A stretch of 40,338 nucleotides of DNA from NCBI GenBank assembly GCA_964590625.1, contig CAZPZE010000922.1, forward strand, positions 1-40,338. The letters run 5' to 3'. This DNA is from an uncultured Solibacteraceae bacterium (GTDB lineage Bacteria; Acidobacteriota; Terriglobia; Bryobacterales; Bryobacteraceae). The notes under the pieces were generated by a model. That model ran no database searches, was not told the origin of the DNA, and was given only the letters and a program-made list of their open reading frames with translations. A program made the position numbers and the translations under genes. Shown here piece by piece: positions 8,530 to 17,540 of the stretch (position 1 is its first letter; every line of letters starts with the position of its first letter).

Positions 8530-9495
8530 TCAGGGCTTTTCAACAGGCGGCATTCCGTAGGTATGGAATGATTCGATGGTCTTCAGGCCCCACGCCTGAC
8601 CCTTCGCTCGATCGGCCTCGTTCCACTGGATTGGCTTCCATTCGGGATCGAAAATCAGGTAACCGCCCGAGCCTAACTCACAGCGGTTTCCGCCGGGCTC
8701 GAAAAAGTAGAGGAAGAACGTCTGGCCGATATTGTGCTTGTGAGGTCCGGTTTCTATTTTGATCCCGGCTTCCACCAGAAAATCGGCCGCACGGAGAACG
8801 TCCTCCCGGCTATCGACAAAGTAAGTGACGTGGTGCAGCCGCCCATGGCCGCCGGCGTGGTCCTGCGTCAGAGCCAGATCGTAGGATTTATTCGTGGCGC
8901 TGAGCCACGCGCCCTTTTCAGAGCCGTCATCGAAAACGATCTGCTCGGTGAGACGCATCCCGAGGAATTGCTGATAGAACGTGCGGCAGGCTTTGACGCC
9001 GCTCGAGAGCAGATTGATGTGGTCCAGCCGCCGCGGCGCTACACCGTTGAGTCCGCGGCGCTGCGGTTGATTTTTGAAGCCGGTGGAGAGTTCCTCCGGG
9101 GCGGAATAGCGTTCGGTTTCGAAATAGATCTCGACGGAGTGGCCATCGGGGCTCGGGAAGCGAAACGCGGGGCCGTGCCCGAATCCCGCTTCGATCCAGC
9201 GTCCATGGATGCCGGATTCTTCCAGATTTTTCACCAGCGCGGCGAGCGTCGCATTGTCCTTCGCGCGAAAAGCAGCGTGGCCAAGGCCGGTCGTGTTCGA
9301 TTCCGTCAGCTGGAGCGAAAAGAGCTGATATTCGCCCCACGCGCGAAGAAACACGGAATTGCCCACACGTCCCACTTCGAACAGCCCCATGAGTCCGGTG
9401 AAAAAGCGAAGACTGGCCTCGATCGACGGAGTCAGGATTTCCACGTGCCCCAGATGGGCGATGTCTGAAAATGCAGGGCGCCAGCTTTCGCTCAT
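8530..9495 (-). CDS. Two-domain VOC-superfamily extradiol ring-cleavage dioxygenase (catechol 2,3-dioxygenase-like)
   Basis: 321 aa from the ATG at 9495 (MSESWRP...). Motifs: HLGHVEILT, GLGHAAFR, RLDHINLL, HHVTYFV, FFEPGGNRCELG. Confidence 0.8.
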   Translation of the reverse strand: MSESWRPAFSDIAHLGHVEILTPSIEASLRFFTGLMGLFEVGRVGNSVFLRAWGEYQLFSLQLTESNTTGLGHAAFRAKDNATLAALVKNLEESGIHGRWIEAGFGHGPAFRFPSPDGHSVEIYFETERYSAPEELSTGFKNQPQRRGLNGVAPRRLDHINLLSSGVKACRTFYQQFLGMRLTEQIVFDDGSEKGAWLSATNKSYDLALTQDHAGGHGRLHHVTYFVDSREDVLRAADFLVEAGIKIETGPHKHNIGQTFFLYFFEPGGNRCELGSGGYLIFDPEWKPIQWNEADRAKGQAWGLKTIESFHTYGMPPVEKP

Positions 9496-9595
9496 CTCGC
9501 CACCGGATTGATGCAGGAGAAATCGGGAATCATTTCCGAATTGTAATCGGAATGGGAGATGCGCCGTGATGACGCCATGCGGTGTGGCTGTCGCC

Positions 9596-10042
9596 TCATT
9601 TGTTCCGCCGCTCTGCCGTGGTGGAGTAGCCGCGCGCGCGGTCGATGTCCTGCACATGAACCGTGACGGAAGCGAGGTTCGGCAGATCGGCCGTATATCG
9701 ATCCACTACCTCGCCGAGAAGCCGCGCGATGCGTGACCGGACCTCAGCCGTGCGTCCGGGGGTGTCATTTCCGATGGCGAGAACGACATGGATGAAGTAT
9801 TTGGAGGCGTCGCCGCCGACGTGGGCGGATCGCATTCCGATGATGGCGTGCTTCAAATTGTGGAGATTCGCAACAGGAACCGCCGGGGCTGCCCCAGGCG
9901 ATGCGGCGTCAGGATTTTCCATGCGCACATCTGCGACTGCCGTGACCAGGAGATCCAGAAGCACGGAGGCATCGAAGCCGGCCGCGAGGCGAAAATCGTC
10001 GGCCAGCCATTCTTCCGGAACGTAGAGGCGAAGATGGGGCAT
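9596..10042 (-). CDS. 5-carboxymethyl-2-hydroxymuconate isomerase (CHMI)-family tautomerase
   Basis: 148 aa starting MPHL (Pro-1 after Met removal). The block FIHVVLAIGNDTPGRTAEVRSRIARLL resembles the HpcD/HpaF core. Confidence 0.6.
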   Translation of the reverse strand: MPHLRLYVPEEWLADDFRLAAGFDASVLLDLLVTAVADVRMENPDAASPGAAPAVPVANLHNLKHAIIGMRSAHVGGDASKYFIHVVLAIGNDTPGRTAEVRSRIARLLGEVVDRYTADLPNLASVTVHVQDIDRARGYSTTAERRNK

Positions 10043-10211
10043 CGTTATTTCGCCAACCCTGACCGCTCTTCGCAACTCTGGCCGCACCTCGTTGAGGCAT
10101 GGAGCGGCGCTCGCGGCCGCATCGAGTCCGTCCTGGCAGGTTCACGCATCCACGTCATCTCATCCGGCATCTCTTGATTTTAAGGTCGCAGCGCTGGTGC
10201 TGTTGTTCTCT

Positions 10212-11051
10212 TCATCGAACAGACGTGGATCGCGGCTTCCTCCACCGCATGACCAGCAATCCGGCGAGACCAGTGGACATCAGGAGCAGGGCGGATGGTT
10301 CCGGCACGGGCGGTGAGTATGTGATGCCGCTTGCGCTGGAATAAGCGAAGCCCGGCGTAAGAGAAGTAATCGTTACACCCACGAAATCGGATTCGTCGTA
10401 ACTGACGACCTCAGACGATACGCCGTTGATGGCCGAAATGAGGTTGCGGATCTGAAGACTGGTGGTGACCTGATAGGTTAAGCCAGCGGCCCAACTCACG
10501 ACGATGGAAGTTGAGCGGCGAAACGTGCCGCCCGTATTGAGGAGCGACACGCTCTCGGCGAGCAGTAGTGGTCCGGTTGACCTATCGATCAGCGCAGAGT
10601 GGTAGACAACGTCCTGCAATGCAGCTGCGTTTGGCACAGTTGCTGTAGCAGTTTCTCCAAAGAATAAATGAATCAGAAATATGCCTGTTTGTCCGGTCGG
10701 ACCAAGTGCGGTGAGTGTGTCAGACCACCAAAAATCAGCACCGATTGAACTGCTGACACCCGGACTGATCGTCGTCTGCAACCGGGCGAGAATGTCGCCG
10801 CCGCTTATGGAACCGTTGAAAATACTCGTACCGCCGGGAACGGAAAGCGAGAACTGATCGCTGTAAGAGTTGACGCCTTGAAGTTGTACGCTGACGCCGG
10901 GTGCCTTGGCCGAGCAGAGCCCGGAGCAGCCCACGAGATCGCCGAAGTCATCCAAACTTAATCCAAAGCTGTCTGCAAACGATGGCGGCGGAAGTGCAAG
11001 CGCGAGTCCGAAAAACGTCGCGGAGGAAATGATCGTCCGGATTCTGCGCAC
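10212..11051 (-). CDS. PEP-CTERM sorting-domain secreted protein (exosortase cargo)
   Basis: N-terminal signal peptide MRRIRTIISSATFFGLALALPPPSFA. C-terminal VPEPSALLLMSTGLAGLLVMRWRK, i.e. PEP motif, TM helix and basic tail. Confidence 0.85.
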   Translation of the reverse strand: MRRIRTIISSATFFGLALALPPPSFADSFGLSLDDFGDLVGCSGLCSAKAPGVSVQLQGVNSYSDQFSLSVPGGTSIFNGSISGGDILARLQTTISPGVSSSIGADFWWSDTLTALGPTGQTGIFLIHLFFGETATATVPNAAALQDVVYHSALIDRSTGPLLLAESVSLLNTGGTFRRSTSIVVSWAAGLTYQVTTSLQIRNLISAINGVSSEVVSYDESDFVGVTITSLTPGFAYSSASGITYSPPVPEPSALLLMSTGLAGLLVMRWRKPRSTSVR

Positions 11052-11260
11052 TGCACTCTCTCAGCGTTTTCAAGGGGCTTCAGTGATATATTTCGATCCA
11101 AAAACGGGCGAAAGACCCACGCGTCCGCGTTTATCATAGCCCTTTCAAGCGCGACCCAGGGGGCCTGTTTTTGGCTTGCGTACTAACGCCGCGCTGGATC
11201 TACCGTACCAGTAGTTTTCGTCGCCAACTGGACTCCGGGAGGCATGGCGAACGCTGCGAA

Positions 11261-11447
11261 TTAGAGGTCCAGATTTTTTCTGGCTCAGTCGCGGCTTACG
11301 TTATTCTTGTCGTCCTCGAGTTTGAGGGCTGCTTCGGGGGTCTTCGCACGGTTCGGCCGACATGTCTTTGATATGGACGGAGAAGATGTACGGCATCAGG
11401 TTGTTCATCGTCTCTTCGGGGTGCTCGCAGAGAGAAAGATGTTTTGG
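11261..11447 (-). pseudogene. Internally deleted, frameshifted remnant of a paralog of the TIM-barrel gene at 17541-18605
   Basis: 11258-11338 aligns to 17538-17618 with 71/81 identities, stop codon included. 11340-11447 aligns to 17889-17995 at about 90% identity with a 1-nt indel. The roughly 270 nt between these blocks and the whole 5' part of the gene are missing. Confidence 0.8.
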
Positions 11448-11471
11448 CTTCAGGCGGCCGCGACACGCAAT

Positions 11472-13223
11472 CTACAGACGCCGATACATATTCATACCGA
11501 ACGCGTAGAGCACGTTGTCATTGGCGCCGACGAGCACCTGCCCCATGCTGTTCCACAGCGCTGACGCGTGCGGAACGAAAGTCGTGATGGTCTTGCCACT
11601 GTTCCACAATGGCTTACCGGTCAGCGCGTCAACTGCAAAAAGCTGTGCGGGAACAGACCGGGCCGCACGCTGCGCCGCGGGTACGAGCGCTTCGCCGCCG
11701 GAAAGCGCAAATACAACCCCGTTCACCACAAGAGGCGCGAGAGGATTTCTCAGGTTGCCTAACGTCCAGGCGGGGGTGATTGACGCGGCATGACCGCTGA
11801 GCATTACCTTTGAAGCCACGACTGATGTCGCCGTCGCAGACAACAGCCAACGCTGACCAGACGCGTCGCGCCACGTCGCAAGTCCAGCTGGTGTGTAACC
11901 TCCGGAGCTGCTCACCGCAGATGAGACGCCGAGTTGCGAGAGGTTCGAGCCATCGAGGAGGAAAATGCGACCGTCCGCTGCCTGATCCGCCACGACTTCA
12001 AGCGCATCCATGCGAAAGACGACGGGCGCCGTAACGAAATCAGCGCCTGCCCGGTGGAACGCGGCTTTCACAGAAAGCGAGGCGGGATCGAGCGAAACCA
12101 CAGATTCCGCGTATTGCCCGGTGCCGCTGCCCACGGCGACGAAAAGTACGCCTTCTTCACTGAACGACGGCAAGCGTGGACTCGCTGTACCTCCCGTCAG
12201 CCAGGACATCGGCTTCGGTGCATCCGGCGCTTCCGCCGCAGGAGGCGTGATTGACCAGATGCCGTTCGGCGCGCCGCCGCAACCGTTTTGAGTGGCCGTG
12301 TAGATTACGCCGTTGATCATCGTCAGATCACTCGCGTGCGCACCGGCCGGGAGAAACGGAATGGGCCGGGCGGCATCCAAACCGTCGTGAGTCGTCAGCG
12401 AGTGGAGCACACCGTCATCAGAGACCGCGTAGGTTCCACCTCCGCCGCCGCGTCCTCCTCCTCCGCCGCCGAAGCCACCGCGACCCGACGCACCTCTGCC
12501 GCCACGACCAAAGCCTCCGCGTCCGCCGGCAGGGCCGGTTGCTGCGTAAGCTGCGCCCGCCGCGGCCGAAGCCGGAGTACCGGTATAGGGCTGGGCGCCA
12601 TTCGCCGCGAAAAAGCTTCCGGGAGTCGCGAAGTAGGCGCCCGGCTTCACTGGAGGAATTCCCTCACCTGGCTCACCAATCACGCTGCCAAAGGGCAACT
12701 GAGCATTTGGGCCGGTGGCGGACTGACCGGCTACTGTCGGGTCCGGCGAAGGCGGAGGCGTCAGCGACGTGGAACGCGTCGGCGTTGCGAGACTCGCGCC
12801 GGGACACTCGCTTGCGGAACGGTTCGCCGATGTTCCGTAAGAGCGATTAAAGAAGGTGAATCCATTGTCCATGTCGACGGCGATGGTGCGGTTGTCCGAC
12901 GCGCCGAGATAGGCGAGCGTAATTCCGAGCCCGCCATTCGTGACAATACCGCTGCCGAGCGAGGCGCCGTTTTCCGCAACATTCTCAATCTTCGTTTTCC
13001 ACTGGAGGGAAAATTCGTTCATCCTGTCAGGCGCGATGAAGTGATCGACCGGCACCCAGCCCGTGCGCTGCGCGTCGACGCGCGCCGTGGTTGCTTCCGT
13101 CTGGGTATAGCGATAGACAATCTGCGCGAGGCCAGGCGCACCCGCCACGGAGGCAACGCAGAGAGCAATTGCGGTTCGACGCCAGGTAAGGTTCGTGGTT
13201 CGTTCGTTCACTTCTGACCCCAT
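11472..13223 (-). CDS. Secreted PQQ-like beta-propeller repeat protein with an inserted low-complexity region
   Basis: 583 aa from the ATG at 13223. This ATG shares its A with the upstream stop (TAATG). Signal-like RRTAIALCVASVAGAPGLAQ. It is a paralog of the upstream gene: RTGW near the N-terminus and GKxLWxSGK near the C-terminus. Confidence 0.8.
   Translation of the reverse strand: MGSEVNERTTNLTWRRTAIALCVASVAGAPGLAQIVYRYTQTEATTARVDAQRTGWVPVDHFIAPDRMNEFSLQWKTKIENVAENGASLGSGIVTNGGLGITLAYLGASDNRTIAVDMDNGFTFFNRSYGTSANRSASECPGASLATPTRSTSLTPPPSPDPTVAGQSATGPNAQLPFGSVIGEPGEGIPPVKPGAYFATPGSFFAANGAQPYTGTPASAAAGAAYAATGPAGGRGGFGRGGRGASGRGGFGGGGGGRGGGGGTYAVSDDGVLHSLTTHDGLDAARPIPFLPAGAHASDLTMINGVIYTATQNGCGGAPNGIWSITPPAAEAPDAPKPMSWLTGGTASPRLPSFSEEGVLFVAVGSGTGQYAESVVSLDPASLSVKAAFHRAGADFVTAPVVFRMDALEVVADQAADGRIFLLDGSNLSQLGVSSAVSSSGGYTPAGLATWRDASGQRWLLSATATSVVASKVMLSGHAASITPAWTLGNLRNPLAPLVVNGVVFALSGGEALVPAAQRAARSVPAQLFAVDALTGKPLWNSGKTITTFVPHASALWNSMGQVLVGANDNVLYAFGMNMYRRL
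12435..12527 (-). repeat. Gly/Arg-rich (RGG-type) low-complexity tract inside the propeller CDS
   Basis: Encodes GGRGGFGRGGRGASGRGGFGGGGGGRGGGGG (31 codons). It is preceded by a Pro/Ala/Gly-rich segment and is absent from the upstream paralog. Confidence 0.9.
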
Positions 13224-14824
13224 TAGTTTGCAATTCCAAAACACCACATCGTGCCGTCGAAGGTTCCGAGATAAATCCTGCCGTTCGCGACGGTGATGCC
13301 GCTGAAATGATTCCACGACGTGATCTCTTTGCCGCTCGACCAGAGCGTTTTCCCCGTTTGAGCGTCGAGCACAAAGATCTCGGCGTAAGTCGATCTCGAG
13401 TTGCGCGTACCGGTCACGGGCGGCTGATCCCATGCGCGATCGGGCTGCGCCTGAAAGGGGTCCTCACCCGATCCATAGGCAAAGACCAGGTCGTTCGCAA
13501 TCAGCGCTTCCTCTCCGACGTTGATGTCTTCGGAGAGCCACTTCGGCGTCAGTTTCCATTGACCGGCTGTCTGATTCAGCGTGAAGGCCGCGACGCCTCC
13601 GCGCTTCGGAGCGGGCGCGTACGCCGCTGGAGGATTGAACGTGACGCTCTTCGGTCCCCAGAACGGCATGTAAACCCAGGCTTCATTCCGGTTGCTGATG
13701 TATGCCGCCGGCGAACCCCAGACACCCGCGCCATCATACTGCTGACGATCGTTACAGACGAGGCCTGTTGTATCCACCGCCGCGCGATGGTGAGCCGCCT
13801 CGCCACCCCCAAAGTTGTCGCGATCGAGGAGCCAGAATCGGCACTCCTTGGAAGTGGCGATCAGCCACTTGCGCCCGCCGTAATCGAGTGCGAGGGGGGT
13901 GACGTTCATGTCCAGATCGTGCTTGTACATATAGTTTGCATTCGGCGGCGCGAACCAGCCGAGCATCTGGAGCCTGCCTTCCGCATCGGGTTTGGCCTGG
14001 AAGAGCGCATTGCCCAACTGATTGTGCTCGGGGTCATACGGACCATCACCCGTTCCTTCGTAGACGCGCCCTTCGGGATCGACCATCGCACCGCGGCGGC
14101 CCCACAAACCACCGCCCCCCGGGTAGAGCGCTGTTGTGCGGCGTGTCTTTATGTTGTAGCCATCGAGTTGGTAAGTCGCACCGCCGCACCCCTGCGCCTG
14201 TACTGTGTAGATGAAATCTCCGGACAAGTTCAACGAATAGGCTTTCCCGGCCGGCGGCGCAAATTTTTCGGGCGGAGCCATGTCATCTCCGGAAGCAGCA
14301 TCCACCTGCCAGATTCGGCCGTCTCCGCTGAGTGCCCAGATTTTGTATCGACCGTCAGGCATTTTCTGAACCGTGGGGACGGCGGTTTGTCCTCCAGGGC
14401 AGAGGGTGCCGCTCTGCGGTCCAAGGCCAGTAAGGCCGACCTGGGTAAATTTCTTCGACCAGACAATTTCGCCTGTCTTTGCATCGAGCCCCCACAGATC
14501 ATCAGAGACACCGGCTACGATCGCCAATTCCCTGTTTCCGGACGTAGTGTGGAGGTTCTGAATGATCAACGGCGAGAAGAGATTGTGCATCTGGCGAGGC
14601 GTGGAAGGAAGCTTTGCCTTCCAGAGCAGCCTGATTTGTCCCGCGTTGGTTTTGGAGATGACCTTTTCGTCTCTGAGCCAACCGGTGCGCTGACTGTCCA
14701 CACCTTCAGTGAGATAGTCGGTGGCCGTCACCACCGATGCCGCGGAACAGCACAGCAGCGTGGCGCCGACTATGGTCAGGAACTTACGCGAAGTCCGGGT
14801 CACTTTTTTCTCGCTTTCCCGCAT
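13223..14824 (-). CDS. Secreted PQQ-like beta-propeller repeat protein
   Basis: 533 aa with signal-like FLTIVGATLLCCSAASVVTA. Repeated motifs of the form DAKTGEIVWS and DAQTGKTLWSSGK. C-terminus GRIYLGTFDGTMWCFG. Confidence 0.85.
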   Translation of the reverse strand: MRESEKKVTRTSRKFLTIVGATLLCCSAASVVTATDYLTEGVDSQRTGWLRDEKVISKTNAGQIRLLWKAKLPSTPRQMHNLFSPLIIQNLHTTSGNRELAIVAGVSDDLWGLDAKTGEIVWSKKFTQVGLTGLGPQSGTLCPGGQTAVPTVQKMPDGRYKIWALSGDGRIWQVDAASGDDMAPPEKFAPPAGKAYSLNLSGDFIYTVQAQGCGGATYQLDGYNIKTRRTTALYPGGGGLWGRRGAMVDPEGRVYEGTGDGPYDPEHNQLGNALFQAKPDAEGRLQMLGWFAPPNANYMYKHDLDMNVTPLALDYGGRKWLIATSKECRFWLLDRDNFGGGEAAHHRAAVDTTGLVCNDRQQYDGAGVWGSPAAYISNRNEAWVYMPFWGPKSVTFNPPAAYAPAPKRGGVAAFTLNQTAGQWKLTPKWLSEDINVGEEALIANDLVFAYGSGEDPFQAQPDRAWDQPPVTGTRNSRSTYAEIFVLDAQTGKTLWSSGKEITSWNHFSGITVANGRIYLGTFDGTMWCFGIAN

Positions 14825-15178
14825 CTGTTATATGACATGATCCACAAGGTGGAAGGCTACATTATCCGTCTCGTGATTCTGTAAGAAATCTGGTGCTCCA
14901 ACAAGACGCGGACGGTCTTGCAATGCAAGTACTTGTTTCTAAATGACGAAGATGCGCCGTACCATACGTGGCCGCGACCGTCTGCGACTGCCCGGGCTCC
15001 AATGATTTCAATCGATTGGCGGCGTCCTCAAAATGGGACGTTCGCAGAGCTCAGAGGTCGAGTTGGTTGCCTCCGCAGTGAAGGACTTTCCTCGCAAGTT
15101 TCTTTTATCAGTCAGAGGCTGGGTTTGCCCCCATGAATGAGCCAGAACTAACCAACCCAGCGCTAAACTTGACGCTGG

Positions 15179-16114
15179 ATGCGCCGCTACTGCCTGACCC
15201 TCCTGACTGCGGGCGTACTTTTCGGGCAAGCCACCATCACGCCACGCTTGAAGCAACCGTCGCCGCACCAGGGCGAGGCTTCGCGTCCGGCGCGTACCAA
15301 CATCCGCGTGGATGCCAATCTGGCGATCATACCGGTCACCGTGCTCGATCCGCTGGGGCGCACGGTGACGGGTCTCGACGAGGATAATTTTCAGGTTCTC
15401 GAGGACGGCGTTCCCCAGAAAATCACTTCGTTCGGCAACGAGGATTCACCGCTCTCGATGGGCATTGTTCTCGATACCAGCGGCAGTATGGGTGACAAAC
15501 TGGCGATGTCGAAGAATGCCGTGGCGGAGTTCTTCAAATCGGCCAATCCCGAAGATGAAGCGTTCCTCGTCGAATTCGACAATCGTCCGCAATTGGTTCT
15601 TCCGTTCACGCACAACCTGGGGAATATTGAAGATCGGATTCTGTTTGCTCGGCCGGCTGGCCTCACCTCGTTGCTGGATGGAGTTACGCTTGCCATCGCC
15701 GAGATGAGGAAGGCAGCGCACGCGCGCAAAGTCCTGATCCTCCTCTCCGACGGTGGCGAGAATAACAGCCGCTTTTCGCAGGCGGAGGTCAGGAACCGGC
15801 TGAAGGAATCCGAGGTGCAAATTTACGCGCTGGGGATCAATCACTCAGAAACATCATTCTTCCCGGATCGGAGCCTGCTGACCGATCTTGCCGACCTGAG
15901 CGGCGGCAGGTTTTATCTGGTGGCGCTGCCGGATTTGCCGGACGTGGCGGAAAAGATCGGAATTGAGTTGCGAAGCACCTGCCTTTTGGGTTACTCGCCC
16001 CGAAATGCGGCGCGGGATGGCAAATACCGATCTGTTGTCGTGAAGGTGACAGCCCCGCGAATGCCGAAGCTGAAAGTGTCCTGGCGCCGCGGCTACTTCG
16101 CGCCAACCCAGTGA
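15179..16114 (+). CDS. VWFA-related (acidobacterial-type) von Willebrand factor A domain protein
   Basis: 311 aa with signal peptide MRRYCLTLLTAGVLFGQ. N-terminal module VTVLDPLGRTVTGLDEDNFQVLEDGVPQKITSF, followed by MIDAS VLDTSGSM. Confidence 0.85.
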   Translation: MRRYCLTLLTAGVLFGQATITPRLKQPSPHQGEASRPARTNIRVDANLAIIPVTVLDPLGRTVTGLDEDNFQVLEDGVPQKITSFGNEDSPLSMGIVLDTSGSMGDKLAMSKNAVAEFFKSANPEDEAFLVEFDNRPQLVLPFTHNLGNIEDRILFARPAGLTSLLDGVTLAIAEMRKAAHARKVLILLSDGGENNSRFSQAEVRNRLKESEVQIYALGINHSETSFFPDRSLLTDLADLSGGRFYLVALPDLPDVAEKIGIELRSTCLLGYSPRNAARDGKYRSVVVKVTAPRMPKLKVSWRRGYFAPTQ

Positions 16115-16142
16115 TACATGTTGTCCTGCCGGAGCTTTACGC

Positions 16143-17411
16143 TCACCGCTTAATGGCCGCGAGGGCTTTGCTGAAGTTTCTGGTCGTGAGAATGAGGAAC
16201 GTCCTGCCATGCAGATGTGCCACGCTTTGCTCGATAAGACCCTCCCTGTCCGCCGCTTGCGGAGCCTGTGGCGCCACCGACAAGGGTGACGTGGCATCTC
16301 CGGGCATCGCAGGGCCTCGGAGCCCGGTCCGATTCCCTTCCGGTCCCGTTCCGAGTCTGAGGAGTGAGGGCGCTGGTCCGTACTTCAGATAAAAGAAGCG
16401 CAGCGGAGTTTTCGGCCCCGGCATTCCCGGCGGCATAACGTCGAAACGCCCATCGGGAACGCCGAGAAAGACGACGGTATCCGGCGGCGGCGACGCGTTG
16501 ATCTCTTTGTTCTCGAGGTTGCGGAGAAGATGCCATGCACCGGCCGGGTCCTGCAGCGCGTGATAATCCACAGACCAACGTTGTTTGGCGTTGGCCACGC
16601 TCGCCAGATCGTTCATGTCGTCGACGGTGAATTTGTCTTTCCGGAAAAGCTCCCGCTGCTGATCGGTATCGAACGCGACCACGCGGAACTCCGCTTCGGG
16701 CATGTGTTCCACGATCGACGCCAGCATGCTGAGCATCATCCCCCATGCGTTGGTGGGCGGGTCACCACTCCGAACGAGCCCGGCTCTGACGACGACCAGC
16801 GGGCTTCTCAGGGGAAGAGCCGCGTTCAGCAGTATAGTTACGTGGCGCGACTTTGGCACAGGCCTCGAATCTTCCGGAGAGCGCGACGAAAAATCGCCGA
16901 CTGCACCGGGCGGCATCTCGATTTTTTCGGAACGCTCGCTGAGGGTCGGGTGCGCATCGATGGTCCACTCCTGGCGGCAAACACGGCCCACGTCATCGAT
17001 AAGAGCCCATTTGACGTGATAGCGCCCTTCTCCCGTCTGAAATGCGCCGCTGTCTTCGCCGACCAGACCGGTCAGGCTCCGGGCCGGCGAATCGATTGAA
17101 TCGAGGAAATAAACCGGCGGGCCGGCATTGTTTTCCGGCGTCACGCGGAACACGATATACCACTTGTGGTCGCGGTCAAGGTACGGATCGAGCGACGTTT
17201 GGAAGGTATATCCCGTCTGAAACCGGAAGCCGAAATTGAGCTCGGGTTTGACCGTGTGAACGCTGCAGGGCAGAGAGTCAGGGCTTTCATCGTCAAATGC
17301 TCTTACCGCCGGCGGAAGCTTATCGGGGCTCGTGACCCGTTGCGCCAGGATTGCGGGTTCGCAGAAGAGCGCCGCACCCGCACAAAATAACATTGCCGCC
17401 ACGGAGGGCAT
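16143..17411 (-). CDS. Hypothetical secreted protein of 422 aa; the C-terminal half may be a MIDAS-less vWA-like fold (weak)
   Basis: Long ORF with signal-like MPSVAAMLFCAGAALFCEPAILAQ. I recognise no catalytic motif. The vWA-like guess rests only on the alternating beta/alpha-like pattern after HVTILLNAA. Confidence 0.6.
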   Translation of the reverse strand: MPSVAAMLFCAGAALFCEPAILAQRVTSPDKLPPAVRAFDDESPDSLPCSVHTVKPELNFGFRFQTGYTFQTSLDPYLDRDHKWYIVFRVTPENNAGPPVYFLDSIDSPARSLTGLVGEDSGAFQTGEGRYHVKWALIDDVGRVCRQEWTIDAHPTLSERSEKIEMPPGAVGDFSSRSPEDSRPVPKSRHVTILLNAALPLRSPLVVVRAGLVRSGDPPTNAWGMMLSMLASIVEHMPEAEFRVVAFDTDQQRELFRKDKFTVDDMNDLASVANAKQRWSVDYHALQDPAGAWHLLRNLENKEINASPPPDTVVFLGVPDGRFDVMPPGMPGPKTPLRFFYLKYGPAPSLLRLGTGPEGNRTGLRGPAMPGDATSPLSVAPQAPQAADREGLIEQSVAHLHGRTFLILTTRNFSKALAAIKR

Positions 17412-17540
17412 GTTTCTCTTTATTATCGCGAAAAGGTGGCATGCCGCGGTGACCGGGGAGGAAACGGCGCGGTAATTTCATTAACGCTGGTCTTCGGAAG
17501 AACCGATATTCAGCATTTCCCCATATGCCATTTCACCGAA

